Under the pieces are notes generated by a model, which saw only the letters and a list, made by a program, of their open reading frames with translations, was not told where the DNA came from and ran no database searches. This document shows, piece after piece, positions 28,822 to 38,797 of a stretch of DNA of 39,932 bases (its first letter is position 1; each line of letters opens with the position of its first letter). The DNA lies in the sequence record DRR378314_1819. The stretch is one strand, 5' to 3'. Position numbers and translations under genes: made by a program.

Positions 28822-30330
28822 ATGACACTAGCCATTGTGGCCACGCGCGCAGGGGTTGGGCTGGAAGCACCCGCCGTGCATGTCGAGGTACATCTAGCCA
28901 ACGGCTTGCCGGGACTAACGCTGGTGGGTCTGCCAGAAACCGCCGTCAAAGAGAGCCGCGAGCGGGTGCGCAGCGCGCTCATCAATGCCGGGTTTGATTT
29001 CCCCAACACCAAGCGCATTACCCTCAACCTTGCCCCCGCCGATCTACCTAAAGAGGGCGGCCGCTTTGATTTGCCGATTGCGCTCGGCATTCTGGCCGCC
29101 TCTGGCCAGATTCCGGTGGATGCGCTAGAAGGCATGGAGTGTGCAGGCGAACTGGCGTTGGATGGCAAACTACGCGCCGTACCCGGCGTATTGCCCTTTG
29201 CTCTCGCCACACGGCGCGTCAACAAAGCACTGATTATTCCCCGCGCCTGTGCCGACGAAGCCGCGTTAGCGGGCGACTTACCGGTTCTACCTGCCGACAC
29301 CCTATGGCAGGTCGTTGCTCACTTGCTGGGACAAGAGAAAATACCGCCCCACCAACTGTCTGCCTCGGTGAGGTCCACGGCCCCCATTGCCGACTTAGCC
29401 GACGTTCGCGGCCAGCAGCAGGCACGCCGCGCACTGGAAGTGGCGGCCGCTGGTGGCCATAACTTGCTGCTAGCAGGGCCTCCTGGCACCGGAAAAACCA
29501 TGCTCGCTAGCCGCTTACCGGGCATTTTGCCGCCGCTTTGCGAAGACGATGCGCTGCAAGTGGCCGCTGTACGTTCAGTCTGCGGGCTACCGCTTGAAGC
29601 AGACTGGGGCCAGCGCCCGTTTCGCCAGCCCCACCACAGCGCCAGCGCCGCTGCGTTAGTGGGTGGAGGCTCAAAACCCAAACCTGGGGAAATCTCGCTT
29701 GCTCACCACGGCGTGCTGTTTTTAGACGAGCTGCCGGAGTTTTCGCGCAACGTCTTAGAAGTATTAAGGCAGCCACTAGAAACGGGGGAAATTCACCTCT
29801 CACGCGCCAGTCATGAGCGCCGTTACCCGGCACAGTTTCAGCTCGTTGCCGCCATGAACCCCTGCCCCTGTGGCCACTTGGGGGACCCGCGTCAGCGCTG
29901 CCAGTGCAGCGCCAGCCAGATTCAGCGCTATCAGGCACGGCTTTCTGGCCCACTGCTAGACCGCATTGATCTCCAGGTGGAAGTCCCCGCCCTGCCGCCA
30001 GAACAGCTCACCGCGCAAACCCAAGGCGAACCTTCCAGCGCCGTGCGCGAGCGGGTGATGGCCGCCCGAGAGCGCCAAATGGCGCGAGGCGCACTCAACA
30101 GCCAGCTAAGCGGCAAAGCCTTGGAAGCCGCCTGCGCGCTGAACGATGAAGAGCGCGCTTGGTTGGCAGGCGTGCTGGAAAAACTCAAGCTCTCTGCCCG
30201 TGCTTACCACCGCGTCTTGCGGGTCGCGCTTACCCTGGCCGACCTACAAGGCGAACCCAAGCCCACCCAGCCACACTTTATCGAGGCTATCGGCTACCGG
30301 CAGCTGGATAGGCTGTTGAAAGGTGCCTAG
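28822..30330 (+). CDS. comM: ComM/YifB Mg-chelatase-like AAA+ helicase
   Basis: VGLP..AVKES.ERV, NLAPADLPKEG..FDLPIA, GPPGTGKTML, GEISLAH.GVLFLDELPEF, AMNPCPCG. Confidence 0.95.
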   Translation: MTLAIVATRAGVGLEAPAVHVEVHLANGLPGLTLVGLPETAVKESRERVRSALINAGFDFPNTKRITLNLAPADLPKEGGRFDLPIALGILAASGQIPVDALEGMECAGELALDGKLRAVPGVLPFALATRRVNKALIIPRACADEAALAGDLPVLPADTLWQVVAHLLGQEKIPPHQLSASVRSTAPIADLADVRGQQQARRALEVAAAGGHNLLLAGPPGTGKTMLASRLPGILPPLCEDDALQVAAVRSVCGLPLEADWGQRPFRQPHHSASAAALVGGGSKPKPGEISLAHHGVLFLDELPEFSRNVLEVLRQPLETGEIHLSRASHERRYPAQFQLVAAMNPCPCGHLGDPRQRCQCSASQIQRYQARLSGPLLDRIDLQVEVPALPPEQLTAQTQGEPSSAVRERVMAARERQMARGALNSQLSGKALEAACALNDEERAWLAGVLEKLKLSARAYHRVLRVALTLADLQGEPKPTQPHFIEAIGYRQLDRLLKGA

Positions 30331-30905
30331 CGATGGTCATTGGCCATTACATCGACAAGCCGTTGGCATAAGGCATCGAGCTTTCCACCCGTCGCCTCAT
30401 CCTTTAGCGCGCCTGACTCATTAAACGCACTGCCTGCCTTCGGCAATGATAGTGGCTGCGGCAGTACGGTCAAACTCAGATTGGCCAACAATTGCTGTCC
30501 AAGGGGCAATGCTCGAATACCGCCCAGCCCACCAGGGGATGCCGCTACCAGCGCAGCCCACTTACCGGCAAATAACTTGAGCCCCGGCGTATCCTGGTAG
30601 GGTCGTGACAGCCAGTCCAGTGTGTTTTTCAGCAGCGGTGTGATAAAGCCGTTGTACTCTGGCGAAGCGATCATCACTGCTTGGTGATCGGCCAGTATTT
30701 CGCGTAGCTTCAGTACATTATCAGGCATGCCCTGGGCTTCAATATCTTCATCGAACAGCGGGCAAGGGTAGTCTTTTAAATCGATAAAGGTAGCCTTTCC
30801 ACCCAAGGCCTCAATGCGCTTGGCGGCAAGCTTCGCGAGCTGTTTGTTAAGCGAACCTTCACGGGCACTGCCCGCTAATACGAGAACTTTTGCTACTGAT
30901 GCCAT
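30327..30905 (-). CDS. NAD(P)H-dependent FMN reductase (ChrR/SsuE-like)
   Basis: GSAREGSLN, SPEYNG....LKN.LDWLSR, SPG.LGG. Confidence 0.9.
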   Translation of the reverse strand: MASVAKVLVLAGSAREGSLNKQLAKLAAKRIEALGGKATFIDLKDYPCPLFDEDIEAQGMPDNVLKLREILADHQAVMIASPEYNGFITPLLKNTLDWLSRPYQDTPGLKLFAGKWAALVAASPGGLGGIRALPLGQQLLANLSLTVLPQPLSLPKAGSAFNESGALKDEATGGKLDALCQRLVDVMANDHR

Positions 30906-31015
30906 ACCACTTCCTCTTTAGAAGAATGTCTTTGAAAGACTCACCATTTAGCATTTGTGTCTTTAGAGCAAGGCGTTTTTGACTGATTAGCGGCGAGGCT
31001 CGATATGCAAGTTCA

Positions 31016-31055
31016 TCATCATTAAAACATCTGCACGTTGTCATTTAACTATCAC
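31016..31055 (+). promoter_or_regulatory. Pho box (PhoB site)
   Basis: TTGTCAT-TTAA-CTATCAC (31038-31055) has the 11-bp period of CTGTCAT-A(A/T)A(T/A)-CTGTCAC. An in-phase TCATCAT-TAAA lies 22 bp upstream. Confidence 0.7.
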
Positions 31056-31119
31056 TATTACGGGTGAAAATTAGCAAATTCTGAAGCTGCTCTACTTTCT
31101 CTTTCTAAATAGTGAAACC

Positions 31120-32433
31120 GTGATGACTAAGCCGTTACTAGCGACCACCCTATTCGCCTTTGTATTTACCAGTGCGGCGCACGCCCAGCAGGATTTTAGC
31201 GCCACATTGTCCGGCCATGCCCAGCTACCCGGCAGTAGCTTTGTAGCGGCTCCTTCCGGCGCCGCTGAGCACTACAACGTTTCAGGCCGTTTTACTGGCC
31301 CAGAGGGCCGTGCTGAGCAGTTGTATACCAACATGCAGGCCACCGGCTTAGCGCTACCTTTCCCCAGCCAGCCATTGCAGGGGTTTTCAGGTATTCGTTC
31401 GCTAGGCGATGACCGTTTTTTGGTATTAACCGATAACGGCTTTGGCTCCAAAGCCAACTCCTCTGACGTCATTCTGATGTTTAACATCATAAAGACTGAC
31501 TGGGACACCGGGCGTGTCATCATCGAGGAGACCGTTCAGCTATCGGACCCAAACCGCAAAGTGCCCTTCCCGATTATGAATGAAGCCACGCCTGGTCGCT
31601 TTTTAACCGGCGCTGATTTCGATATTGAATCGATACAGCCGGTGGGCGATAGCTACTGGATTGGCGATGAGTTCGGCCCCTGGATTATCCAGGTCGATAA
31701 TCAGGGTGAAGTGCTGCAAGTGCTGGCCACTAACCCTAGTGGAACGCTGATGCGCTCACCAGACAATGCCTTTGCCCTCACCCCGAACCCTGGCGCGTCT
31801 CTCGCTGATGAGGTGGTAGTGTTTCGCTCCGGCGGCTATGAAGGCATGGCGCTCTCCGAAGACCAAACAACGCTCTATCCCTTGCTGGAAAAACCGATCT
31901 GGGACAGCAACGCCAACGCCCCGGAAACGATTGATGGCACCCCCGTGTTAAGAATGTTCGAGCTCGATACTGAAACCGGAGAATGGGGCGACACAACCCG
32001 CTACTACCCCTTGGAGTCAGCGGATCATGCGATTGGCGATTTCAACCTCATTGGCGGAACACGTGGCCTGATTATCGAGCGTGATAGTCGCCAGGGCGAC
32101 CCGCGAGAAGCGTGGGCAGACAACCCCGCTGAGTTCAAACGTATCTACCTCATCGACCTCGACCGTACAGACGAGCAGGGAGTGCTTGAGAAAATCGCCT
32201 ATATAGACCTGATGAACATCCAGGATCCAGATGGGATCGCGCCCCGCGGCACGATCAACGGCACCTTTAACTTTCCCTTCGTGACCATTGAGAATGTCGA
32301 TCGTGTTGATGAGAGCACCATCGTGGTCGCCAATGACAACAACTACCCTTTCTCGATTGGCCGCCAGCAAGGACGCGCTGATGATAATGAGCTGATACTG
32401 CTCGATGTGGAGGACTTTCTGAACGCTCAGTAA
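31120..32433 (+). CDS. Secreted phytase-like (esterase-like activity of phytase) family protein
   Basis: Signal peptide (AHA-Q); QGFSG, LTDNGFGSKANS, DFDIES, WIGDEFGP, S.GYEGMA, NDNNYPF. Start 31120 (GTG) or 31123 (ATG). Confidence 0.8.
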   Translation: MMTKPLLATTLFAFVFTSAAHAQQDFSATLSGHAQLPGSSFVAAPSGAAEHYNVSGRFTGPEGRAEQLYTNMQATGLALPFPSQPLQGFSGIRSLGDDRFLVLTDNGFGSKANSSDVILMFNIIKTDWDTGRVIIEETVQLSDPNRKVPFPIMNEATPGRFLTGADFDIESIQPVGDSYWIGDEFGPWIIQVDNQGEVLQVLATNPSGTLMRSPDNAFALTPNPGASLADEVVVFRSGGYEGMALSEDQTTLYPLLEKPIWDSNANAPETIDGTPVLRMFELDTETGEWGDTTRYYPLESADHAIGDFNLIGGTRGLIIERDSRQGDPREAWADNPAEFKRIYLIDLDRTDEQGVLEKIAYIDLMNIQDPDGIAPRGTINGTFNFPFVTIENVDRVDESTIVVANDNNYPFSIGRQQGRADDNELILLDVEDFLNAQ

Positions 32434-32456
32434 CGAAACTCAGTAGCGAAAATAGG

Positions 32457-32492
32457 CCTGAGGCAGGGCGCGCGCAAGCGCCCTAGCCTCAG
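32457..32492. terminator. Hairpin between convergent genes
   Basis: CTGAGGC-AGGGCGC...GCGCCCT-a-GCCTCAG. Confidence 0.55.
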
Positions 32493-32523
32493 CTTGCTCC
32501 TCCCAGTGCTTTAAACATTTACG

Positions 32524-33504
32524 TTATTGCCCACGCTCAACAACGTTGTCTACGAAACCATCCAGAGCTTCAAACAACACTTCACGAATGGGATCGGCCT
32601 CGTTAACTAAGTGGTGCCGTGCTTCTGGGTGGCGGTGGACCTCGGCATTGGGAAACTTCTCCTCCAACACCGCCAAATTCCACTCCCAATCGACGGTAAG
32701 ATCTTGCTCACCCTGTAAAATAAGCGTCGGCAGCGGGTTAGGTTCCAACGCTAGCAAACGCGGCATCCAACGTCGCATCGCGGTTATCCAGGCGACGCTT
32801 AAGCGTTCCGGTTGCAGCGGGTCTTGATCACGTAGGAACGCCGTAAACTGCTCATCAGTGGAATTGGGGCGATACTTACGTGGTAGCTCCTTTAGAAAAG
32901 GGCTGGCAATCAGGTGCAGCCAGCTAGACTGACTCCAGCGCCAGGGGCGCACCAATGGCGCTAGCAGCACAATACCGGCCCAGCCTGCCGTTTCGCGGCG
33001 AGTGAGCGCGTCGGTCGCCAAGATGGCCGCCCCCGTACTCTGCCCAACACCTAGCCACGGCGTAGGGGCCATGCCCTGGCATTGTAATGTTGCCTGTAAA
33101 TGCGCAAGGCAGTGCTGATAGTCGTCAAAATCGTCAATATCAGCGCGTGGTCCGCTGGAAAGACCGTGACCAGGCAGATCCCACAACACCACTCGCCACC
33201 CTTTGGCCAGCAGGCAGCCGAGCAAATGGCGGTAAAGGCCTAAATGGTCAAAATAACCGTGAATCACAAACGCGGTGCCCGTGGGAACAGGTGGGCTCCA
33301 TACTTGGCACCACAGAGCAAAGCGTCCAGTATCAATAAATCCCGCGTGCACTTCGCTGGTGTCGTTTAGTAGCGTTTCTAAACCGTAGTGGCGAAAATAG
33401 TCATGCACAGCGTCCGTTAGCGCGTCGCCCGGCTTAAGCTGGGAGAGCGATGACTCGCCTGCTGCTTGCCTAAACAAGCCTTCCAGGTGTTGGAAATTAT
33501 GCAT
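32524..33504 (-). CDS. Alpha/beta hydrolase (lysophospholipase/Hydrolase_4-like)
   Basis: HGYFDH, DLPGHGLS, nucleophile GQSTG, QGEQD, catalytic H in RHHLVNE. Confidence 0.88.
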   Translation of the reverse strand: MHNFQHLEGLFRQAAGESSLSQLKPGDALTDAVHDYFRHYGLETLLNDTSEVHAGFIDTGRFALWCQVWSPPVPTGTAFVIHGYFDHLGLYRHLLGCLLAKGWRVVLWDLPGHGLSSGPRADIDDFDDYQHCLAHLQATLQCQGMAPTPWLGVGQSTGAAILATDALTRRETAGWAGIVLLAPLVRPWRWSQSSWLHLIASPFLKELPRKYRPNSTDEQFTAFLRDQDPLQPERLSVAWITAMRRWMPRLLALEPNPLPTLILQGEQDLTVDWEWNLAVLEEKFPNAEVHRHPEARHHLVNEADPIREVLFEALDGFVDNVVERGQ

Positions 33505-33627
33505 TAACGTCTCTCCGTGAACGCCACCTATCCATTGGCTGAATGATAGCGGAGACCACTACCGCTCTCATCATTTGGTCGATCATTTTGCTGCTTTACG
33601 GCATAGACTGTTTACATGCTCTCGCAG

Positions 33628-33648
33628 TTGTGGAAGTATTTTCCACAA
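33628..33648. promoter_or_regulatory. Palindromic operator upstream of glcB (IclR-like)
   Basis: TTGTGGAA-GTATT-TTCCACAA is a perfect 8-bp inverted repeat. The core TGGAAGTATTTTCCA resembles the E. coli IclR box TGGAAATNATTTCCA. Confidence 0.65.
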
Positions 33649-33710
33649 ATATACATTTACCCTGACCGTGGCACGATAATATCCCACGGGCACCTTTACA
33701 GGAGAACCCC

Positions 33711-35885
33711 ATGAGCGAGCGTATCACGCGTCACCGTTTACAGGTGTCAGCAGACCTGGACCGTTTCATCAATGAGCAGGCTTTACCGGGCACTGGTGTC
33801 GACGAAAGCACCTTTTGGGCTGGCGTTGACGCCCTGTTCCATGATTTGACACCGAAAAATCGCCAACTGCTTGAAGAGCGCGACACGCTCCAAGAAAAAC
33901 TGGATGTCTGGCACCGTGAAAATCCGGGCCCGGTTAGCGATATGCCGGCTTACCGCAGCTTCTTGAAAGAAGCTGGCTATCTGGTGGATGCACCCAACAG
34001 TGTTAAAACCACCACGGCCAATGTAGATCGTGAAGTGGCTGTTCAAGCAGGCCCGCAGTTGGTGGTGCCTGTGAGCAATGCCCGCTATGCACTGAACGCC
34101 GCTAATGCCCGCTGGGGTAGTTTGTACGATGCCCTATACGGCACCGATGCGATTTCAGAGGAAGATGGCGCTGAAAAAGGCACCAGTTTCAACCCGAAGC
34201 GTGGCCAAAAAGTTATCGCTTATGCCCGTGGTGTGCTTGATCGCGCTGCCCCACTGGCCACCGGCTCTCACCGCGATGCGGTGAAATACGCTATTCGTGA
34301 TGGCCACTTGGTCGTTAGTCTGGAAGGCGGTCGTGAAACCGGCCTAAAAGATTCCGGCAAGCTGATCGGCTTTAACGGCGATGCATCCGCGCCGGAAGCA
34401 ATCCTGCTTACTAACAACGGCCTGCACCTGGAAATCCAGATCGACGACAGCCACCCGATCGGTAAAACCGACCCCGCTCACGTGAAAGACGTGGTGGTGG
34501 AAGCGGCGCTGACCGCTATTATGGATTGTGAAGACTCCGTTGCTGCTGTCGACTCTGAAGATAAAGTCGGTGTTTACAGCAACTGGCTTGGCCTGATGAA
34601 GGGCGACCTGGAAGAGAGCATCGACAAAGGCGGCAAAACCTTCAAGCGGACGCTGCACGCCGATCGTACTTGGCAAACCACTGATGGCAGCACCGTTACA
34701 CTGCCGGGTCGTTCGCTGATGTTCGTGCGTAACGTTGGCCATCTGATGACCACGCCTGCCGTCCTGGACGAAAATGGCAACGAACTGCCGGAAGGTATTC
34801 TGGATGCGGTAGTGACCTCGCTGCTGTCACTGCACGATCTGAAGAAAGACGCCGATCAGCCACGCAACTCCCGCGCTGGCTCAGTGTATATCGTGAAGCC
34901 GAAAATGCACGGGCCGAAAGAAGTGGCGTTCGCCAACGAACTGTTTGGTCGCGTTGAAGACATCCTGGGCATGAACCGTGACACCCTGAAAATGGGCATC
35001 ATGGATGAAGAGCGCCGCACCACTGTCAACTTGAAGGCGTGTATTGCTGAAGCGGCTTCTCGTGTTGTGTTCATCAACACCGGTTTCCTTGACCGCACCG
35101 GTGACGAAATGCACACCGCCATGGAAGCAGGCCCGATGGTTCGCAAAGGCGATATGAAGAGCGCTGCGTGGATCACCGCCTACGAGAAGAACAACGTGCA
35201 GGTAGGCTTAGCCTGTGGCCTGCGTGGTCGTGCTCAAATCGGTAAAGGCATGTGGGCGATGCCGGATCTGATGCATAGCATGCTAGAGCAAAAAATTGGT
35301 CACCCGAAAGCGGGTGCTAACACGGCATGGGTGCCTTCTCCAACGGCGGCTACGCTACATGCGCTTCACTACCACCAAGTCACCGTAGCGGACGTACAGC
35401 GCGAACTGGAAGCCCAAGGCGAACCCGACTTTTTAGATGACCTGCTCACCGTGCCAGTAGCCGAAAACGCCAACTGGTCGGATGAAGAGATTCAGCAAGA
35501 GTTGGATAACAACTGCCAGGGCATTCTGGGCTATGTGGTGCGCTGGGTTGAACATGGCGTGGGCTGCTCAAAAGTACCGGACATTCATAACGTTGGCCTA
35601 ATGGAAGACCGCGCTACGCTGCGTATTTCCAGCCAACATATCGCCAACTGGCTGCACCACGGCATTGTCGATGCGCCGCGAGTGGAAGAAACGCTTAAGC
35701 GTATGGCTAAAGTGGTTGATCAGCAGAACGCTGGTGACCCCACCTACACGGCCATGAGCGCCGACTTCGAAGGCTCAACCGCCTTTAAAGCAGCCTCTGA
35801 CTTGGTGTTCAAAGGCCGCGTACAGCCTTCTGGTTACACCGAACCGCTACTTCACGCGTGGCGTCAGGTACATAAGGCGAAGTAA
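33711..35885 (+). CDS. glcB: Malate synthase G
   Basis: 724 aa; [74 protein letters not shown]. Confidence 0.98.
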   Translation: MSERITRHRLQVSADLDRFINEQALPGTGVDESTFWAGVDALFHDLTPKNRQLLEERDTLQEKLDVWHRENPGPVSDMPAYRSFLKEAGYLVDAPNSVKTTTANVDREVAVQAGPQLVVPVSNARYALNAANARWGSLYDALYGTDAISEEDGAEKGTSFNPKRGQKVIAYARGVLDRAAPLATGSHRDAVKYAIRDGHLVVSLEGGRETGLKDSGKLIGFNGDASAPEAILLTNNGLHLEIQIDDSHPIGKTDPAHVKDVVVEAALTAIMDCEDSVAAVDSEDKVGVYSNWLGLMKGDLEESIDKGGKTFKRTLHADRTWQTTDGSTVTLPGRSLMFVRNVGHLMTTPAVLDENGNELPEGILDAVVTSLLSLHDLKKDADQPRNSRAGSVYIVKPKMHGPKEVAFANELFGRVEDILGMNRDTLKMGIMDEERRTTVNLKACIAEAASRVVFINTGFLDRTGDEMHTAMEAGPMVRKGDMKSAAWITAYEKNNVQVGLACGLRGRAQIGKGMWAMPDLMHSMLEQKIGHPKAGANTAWVPSPTAATLHALHYHQVTVADVQRELEAQGEPDFLDDLLTVPVAENANWSDEEIQQELDNNCQGILGYVVRWVEHGVGCSKVPDIHNVGLMEDRATLRISSQHIANWLHHGIVDAPRVEETLKRMAKVVDQQNAGDPTYTAMSADFEGSTAFKAASDLVFKGRVQPSGYTEPLLHAWRQVHKAK

Positions 35886-35906
35886 ACGCGCTTTGCGGTA
35901 TCATCA

Positions 35907-35936
35907 GCCTCGAGGCGCATGCCTCGGGGCTTTTTT
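35907..35936 (+). terminator. Terminator after glcB
   Basis: GCCTCGAGGC-gcat-GCCTCGGGGC-TTTTTT. Confidence 0.85.
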
Positions 35937-35952
35937 ATAAAGGACAATAATA

Positions 35953-36375
35953 ATGACCGTAATGACTGCCGAGCAGATTGAGCACTTTTTAGATGAGGTG
36001 TTCCCCCAGCGGATGGGCAGAATTGAAAGCGTTGGTGCGATGAGTGCCATCCTGCGACTAACCATCGGTGAGCAACACCTTCGCCCTGGCCCCAGGGTAT
36101 CTGGTCCGACCATGATGGGCTTTGCCGATGTGGCGTTGTATGTGGCCATTTTGGCGCAAATAGGCCCCGAAGCCATGGCGGTCACCAGTGACTTGAACTG
36201 CCATTTCTTACGCGCCGCTTCCGGCGAGCACGATATTGTTGCTCACGCCAAACTCATCAAGTTAGGCCGCCGTTTAGCGGTCGGCGAAGTGCAGATTTTC
36301 TCTGCCAGCGATGACACTAAACCGGTTGCGCATATTACCGCTAGCTACGCGCTGCCAGACAGCCCAACTGGCTAA
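35953..36375 (+). CDS. PaaI-family (hotdog-fold) thioesterase
   Basis: HLRPG..VSGP.MM..AD, AVTS.LN..FLR, KLGRRLAVGEV. Confidence 0.85.
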   Translation: MTVMTAEQIEHFLDEVFPQRMGRIESVGAMSAILRLTIGEQHLRPGPRVSGPTMMGFADVALYVAILAQIGPEAMAVTSDLNCHFLRAASGEHDIVAHAKLIKLGRRLAVGEVQIFSASDDTKPVAHITASYALPDSPTG

Positions 36376-36383
36376 CCACCGCG

Positions 36384-36761
36384 CTAACGGCTGAGCAACG
36401 CAGTGACGGCTAAGCCTAACCAGCCTGCCATCAGCAGCAAACCACCGATGGGCGTTACAATACCAACGCTAAGCCCTACTAGGGCCATTAGGTAAAGCGA
36501 GCCCGAAAATGCGGTGATACCCAACGCCCATAGCGCTAGCACGATGCGCTGCCCTGGCTGAGGGCACTGGCTGCGCCAAGCCAGTACCGCTAACATAGCC
36601 AACGTATGCCACGCTTGGTAACGCACGCCAGTTTCAACGATGTCGACCATGGCAGCAGTGGTACGCGATGCCAACCCGTGAGCCGCATAGGCCCCGAGTA
36701 TCACCATTAATGCTCCTGAGAGTGCGACTAGGCACCACCAGGGTTTGTCTGCTCGCTGCAT
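36384..36761 (-). CDS. DUF423 (YgdD/TMEM256) membrane protein
   Basis: GAYAAHGL, T..RYQ.WH, FSGSLY, TPIGG...GW. Confidence 0.88.
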   Translation of the reverse strand: MQRADKPWWCLVALSGALMVILGAYAAHGLASRTTAAMVDIVETGVRYQAWHTLAMLAVLAWRSQCPQPGQRIVLALWALGITAFSGSLYLMALVGLSVGIVTPIGGLLLMAGWLGLAVTALLSR

Positions 36762-36774
36762 GCGTTACTCCTGT

Positions 36775-36826
36775 TTATAAATACTCGTTATAAATACTTG
36801 AGATAAGTACTCGACATACGCCCTCG
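36775..36826. repeat. Degenerate 13-bp tandem repeat (4 units)
   Basis: TTATAAATACTCG / TTATAAATACTTG / AGATAAGTACTCG / ACATACGCCCTCG. Confidence 0.65.
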
Positions 36827-36925
36827 ATATTTCACTGAGATGATTAACGTTGTCACATACCTTGAGCGGTGCGAAACCGCTACAATAGACAATGTTTTGC
36901 CTCACCGAATGGGACACTTACCGTT

Positions 36926-37147
36926 ATGCCTACTCCTAATGAGTCGATACAACTGACGCTCAATGGCGAATCGCATACGCTGGCAGCTGGCTTAAGCGCC
37001 GCTGATCTAATTGAGCAATTAGGCCTGACCGGGCGCCGTATCGCTGTGGAAATTAACGAACAGATCGTGCCCAAAAGCCAGCTTGCTCAAACGCATTTAG
37101 CCAATGGCGACCAGATAGAAGTCGTTCACGCCATTGGCGGCGGCTAG
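36926..37147 (+). CDS. thiS: Sulfur carrier protein ThiS
   Basis: LNGE, RIAVEINEQIVPKS, GD.IEVVHAIGGG C-terminus. Start at ATG 36926. Confidence 0.93.
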   Translation: MPTPNESIQLTLNGESHTLAAGLSAADLIEQLGLTGRRIAVEINEQIVPKSQLAQTHLANGDQIEVVHAIGGG

Positions 37148-37186
37148 CGTAGCCCATCACCGTTTTTGCTTTCAAAAGGAACCGCT

Positions 37187-37981
37187 ATGACGCCACTGAT
37201 TGATACACCGTTTACCGTTGCTGGGCGCGAGTTCAGCTCCCGCCTGCTGGTGGGTACTGGCAAATACAAAGACTTTACCGAGACCGGCGCGGCCATTGCC
37301 CAAAGCGGCGCGGAAATTGTCACCTTTGCCGTGCGCCGCACCAACTTAGGCCAGGATGCCGACGCGCCTAACCTGCTCGATGTCATTTCCCCCCAGCGCT
37401 ACACCTTGCTGCCCAACACCGCTGGCTGCTACAACGCCAAAGATGCTGTGCGCACCTGCCGCTTGGCGCGTGAGCTGCTAGACGGCCATAACCTGGTCAA
37501 GCTGGAAGTGCTCGGCGACGATCACACCCTCTATCCCAATGTGGTCGAGACGCTAAAAGCCGCTGAGACACTGCTGGCTGATGGCTTTGACGTCATGGTG
37601 TACACCAGTGATGACCCCATTGTGGCACGTGAACTAGAAGCCATGGGTTGCTGCGCCATCATGCCGCTAGGTTCGCTGATTGGCTCGGGGCATGGCATTC
37701 AAAACCCGCATAATGTACGCCTGATTGTTGAGCAAAGCAGTGTACCCGTGCTGGTCGATGCGGGCATCGGCACCGCTTCTGACGCCGCCATGGCAATGGA
37801 GCTCGGGTGTGACGGCGTGCTGCTCAACACCGCGATCGCTCATGCCCGCGACCCGCTGCGTATGGCTAACGCCATGAAGCTGGCCGTAGAAGCTGGCCGC
37901 GATGCCTTCTTAGCAGGCCGTATGCCACGCCGCCAGAGCGCCGATCCCTCTTCGCCTTTTGCAGGCCGAATTAACGGCTGA
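37187..37981 (+). CDS. thiG: Thiazole synthase ThiG
   Basis: [49 protein letters not shown] before ATG 37187. Confidence 0.97.
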   Translation: MTPLIDTPFTVAGREFSSRLLVGTGKYKDFTETGAAIAQSGAEIVTFAVRRTNLGQDADAPNLLDVISPQRYTLLPNTAGCYNAKDAVRTCRLARELLDGHNLVKLEVLGDDHTLYPNVVETLKAAETLLADGFDVMVYTSDDPIVARELEAMGCCAIMPLGSLIGSGHGIQNPHNVRLIVEQSSVPVLVDAGIGTASDAAMAMELGCDGVLLNTAIAHARDPLRMANAMKLAVEAGRDAFLAGRMPRRQSADPSSPFAGRING

Positions 37982-37993
37982 TACAGAGACACC

Positions 37994-38767
37994 ATGACCG
38001 ATACGAACGACACCACGCCTGAAAGCAACAACACTGCTGGCGCTGAGAGCAACACCACAGGCCCTGAAAATGCTGATGCCCCGCTACACCGGCGGGGGAT
38101 TAAGAGCTACGTGATTCGCGCAGGGCGCATGACCCCAGCGCAAAGCCGCGGTTTAGAAGACGTTTGGCCACGCTTAGGACTGACGATTGCCGATGGGCGT
38201 CAGGATCTGGACACCCTGTTTGGCCGCCAAGCACCGCGCGTGGTGGAAATTGGCTTTGGTATGGGCAACTCACTCATCGAGCAAGCCGAACGCCACCCAG
38301 ATACTGACTTTATCGGTATCGAGGTTCACGCGCCGGGTGTGGGCAAGCTGCTAGATGAGGTAGATAAACGCGGCCTAACTAACCTGCGCGTTTACCGCGA
38401 AGATGCCTTAGCGGTGCTGGAGCAGTGTCTGCCTGAAGACTCATTAACCACGCTACAGCTCTTTTTCCCCGATCCATGGCCGAAAAAGAAGCACCACAAG
38501 CGGCGTATTGTGCAACCTGCGTTTGTTGAGCTGATTCGTACACGCTTAAAACCTGGCGGCACCTTCCACCTGGCGACCGACTGGGAAGCCTATGCCGAGT
38601 GGATGGCCGAGGTCATGGACGCCGCCCCCGGCTACGCGAATACCGCCAGCGCCGACACAGCGCCCTACGTTCCACGCCCAGACTTTCGCCCGCTAACTAA
38701 GTTTGAAGCCCGTGGCGAGAAACTTGGCCACGGCGTATGGGATTTGATTTACCGCCGTGACGTTTAA
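37994..38767 (+). CDS. trmB: tRNA (guanine-N7)-methyltransferase
   Basis: [43 protein letters not shown]. Confidence 0.96.
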   Translation: MTDTNDTTPESNNTAGAESNTTGPENADAPLHRRGIKSYVIRAGRMTPAQSRGLEDVWPRLGLTIADGRQDLDTLFGRQAPRVVEIGFGMGNSLIEQAERHPDTDFIGIEVHAPGVGKLLDEVDKRGLTNLRVYREDALAVLEQCLPEDSLTTLQLFFPDPWPKKKHHKRRIVQPAFVELIRTRLKPGGTFHLATDWEAYAEWMAEVMDAAPGYANTASADTAPYVPRPDFRPLTKFEARGEKLGHGVWDLIYRRDV

Positions 38768-38797
38768 ACACAGCGACTAAAGATAGCTCAGCGTCGT

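Noticed and set aside
28806..30188. Several long antisense ORFs over comM, and similar ones over the MCPs, amt, glcB and the receptors
   Set aside because: Shadow ORFs of well-supported genes in GC-rich codon context, with no protein motifs.
33668..33684. sigma54 promoter TGGCACG upstream of glcB
   Set aside because: The -12 GC is missing (TGGCAC-GATAA-TATC).
36762..36925. TPP riboswitch upstream of thiS-thiG
   Set aside because: CTGAGA is present (~36835) but I see no following ACCCG/ACCTGA...AGCGNAGG core; thiS-thiG-trmB generally lacks a riboswitch in related gammaproteobacteria.
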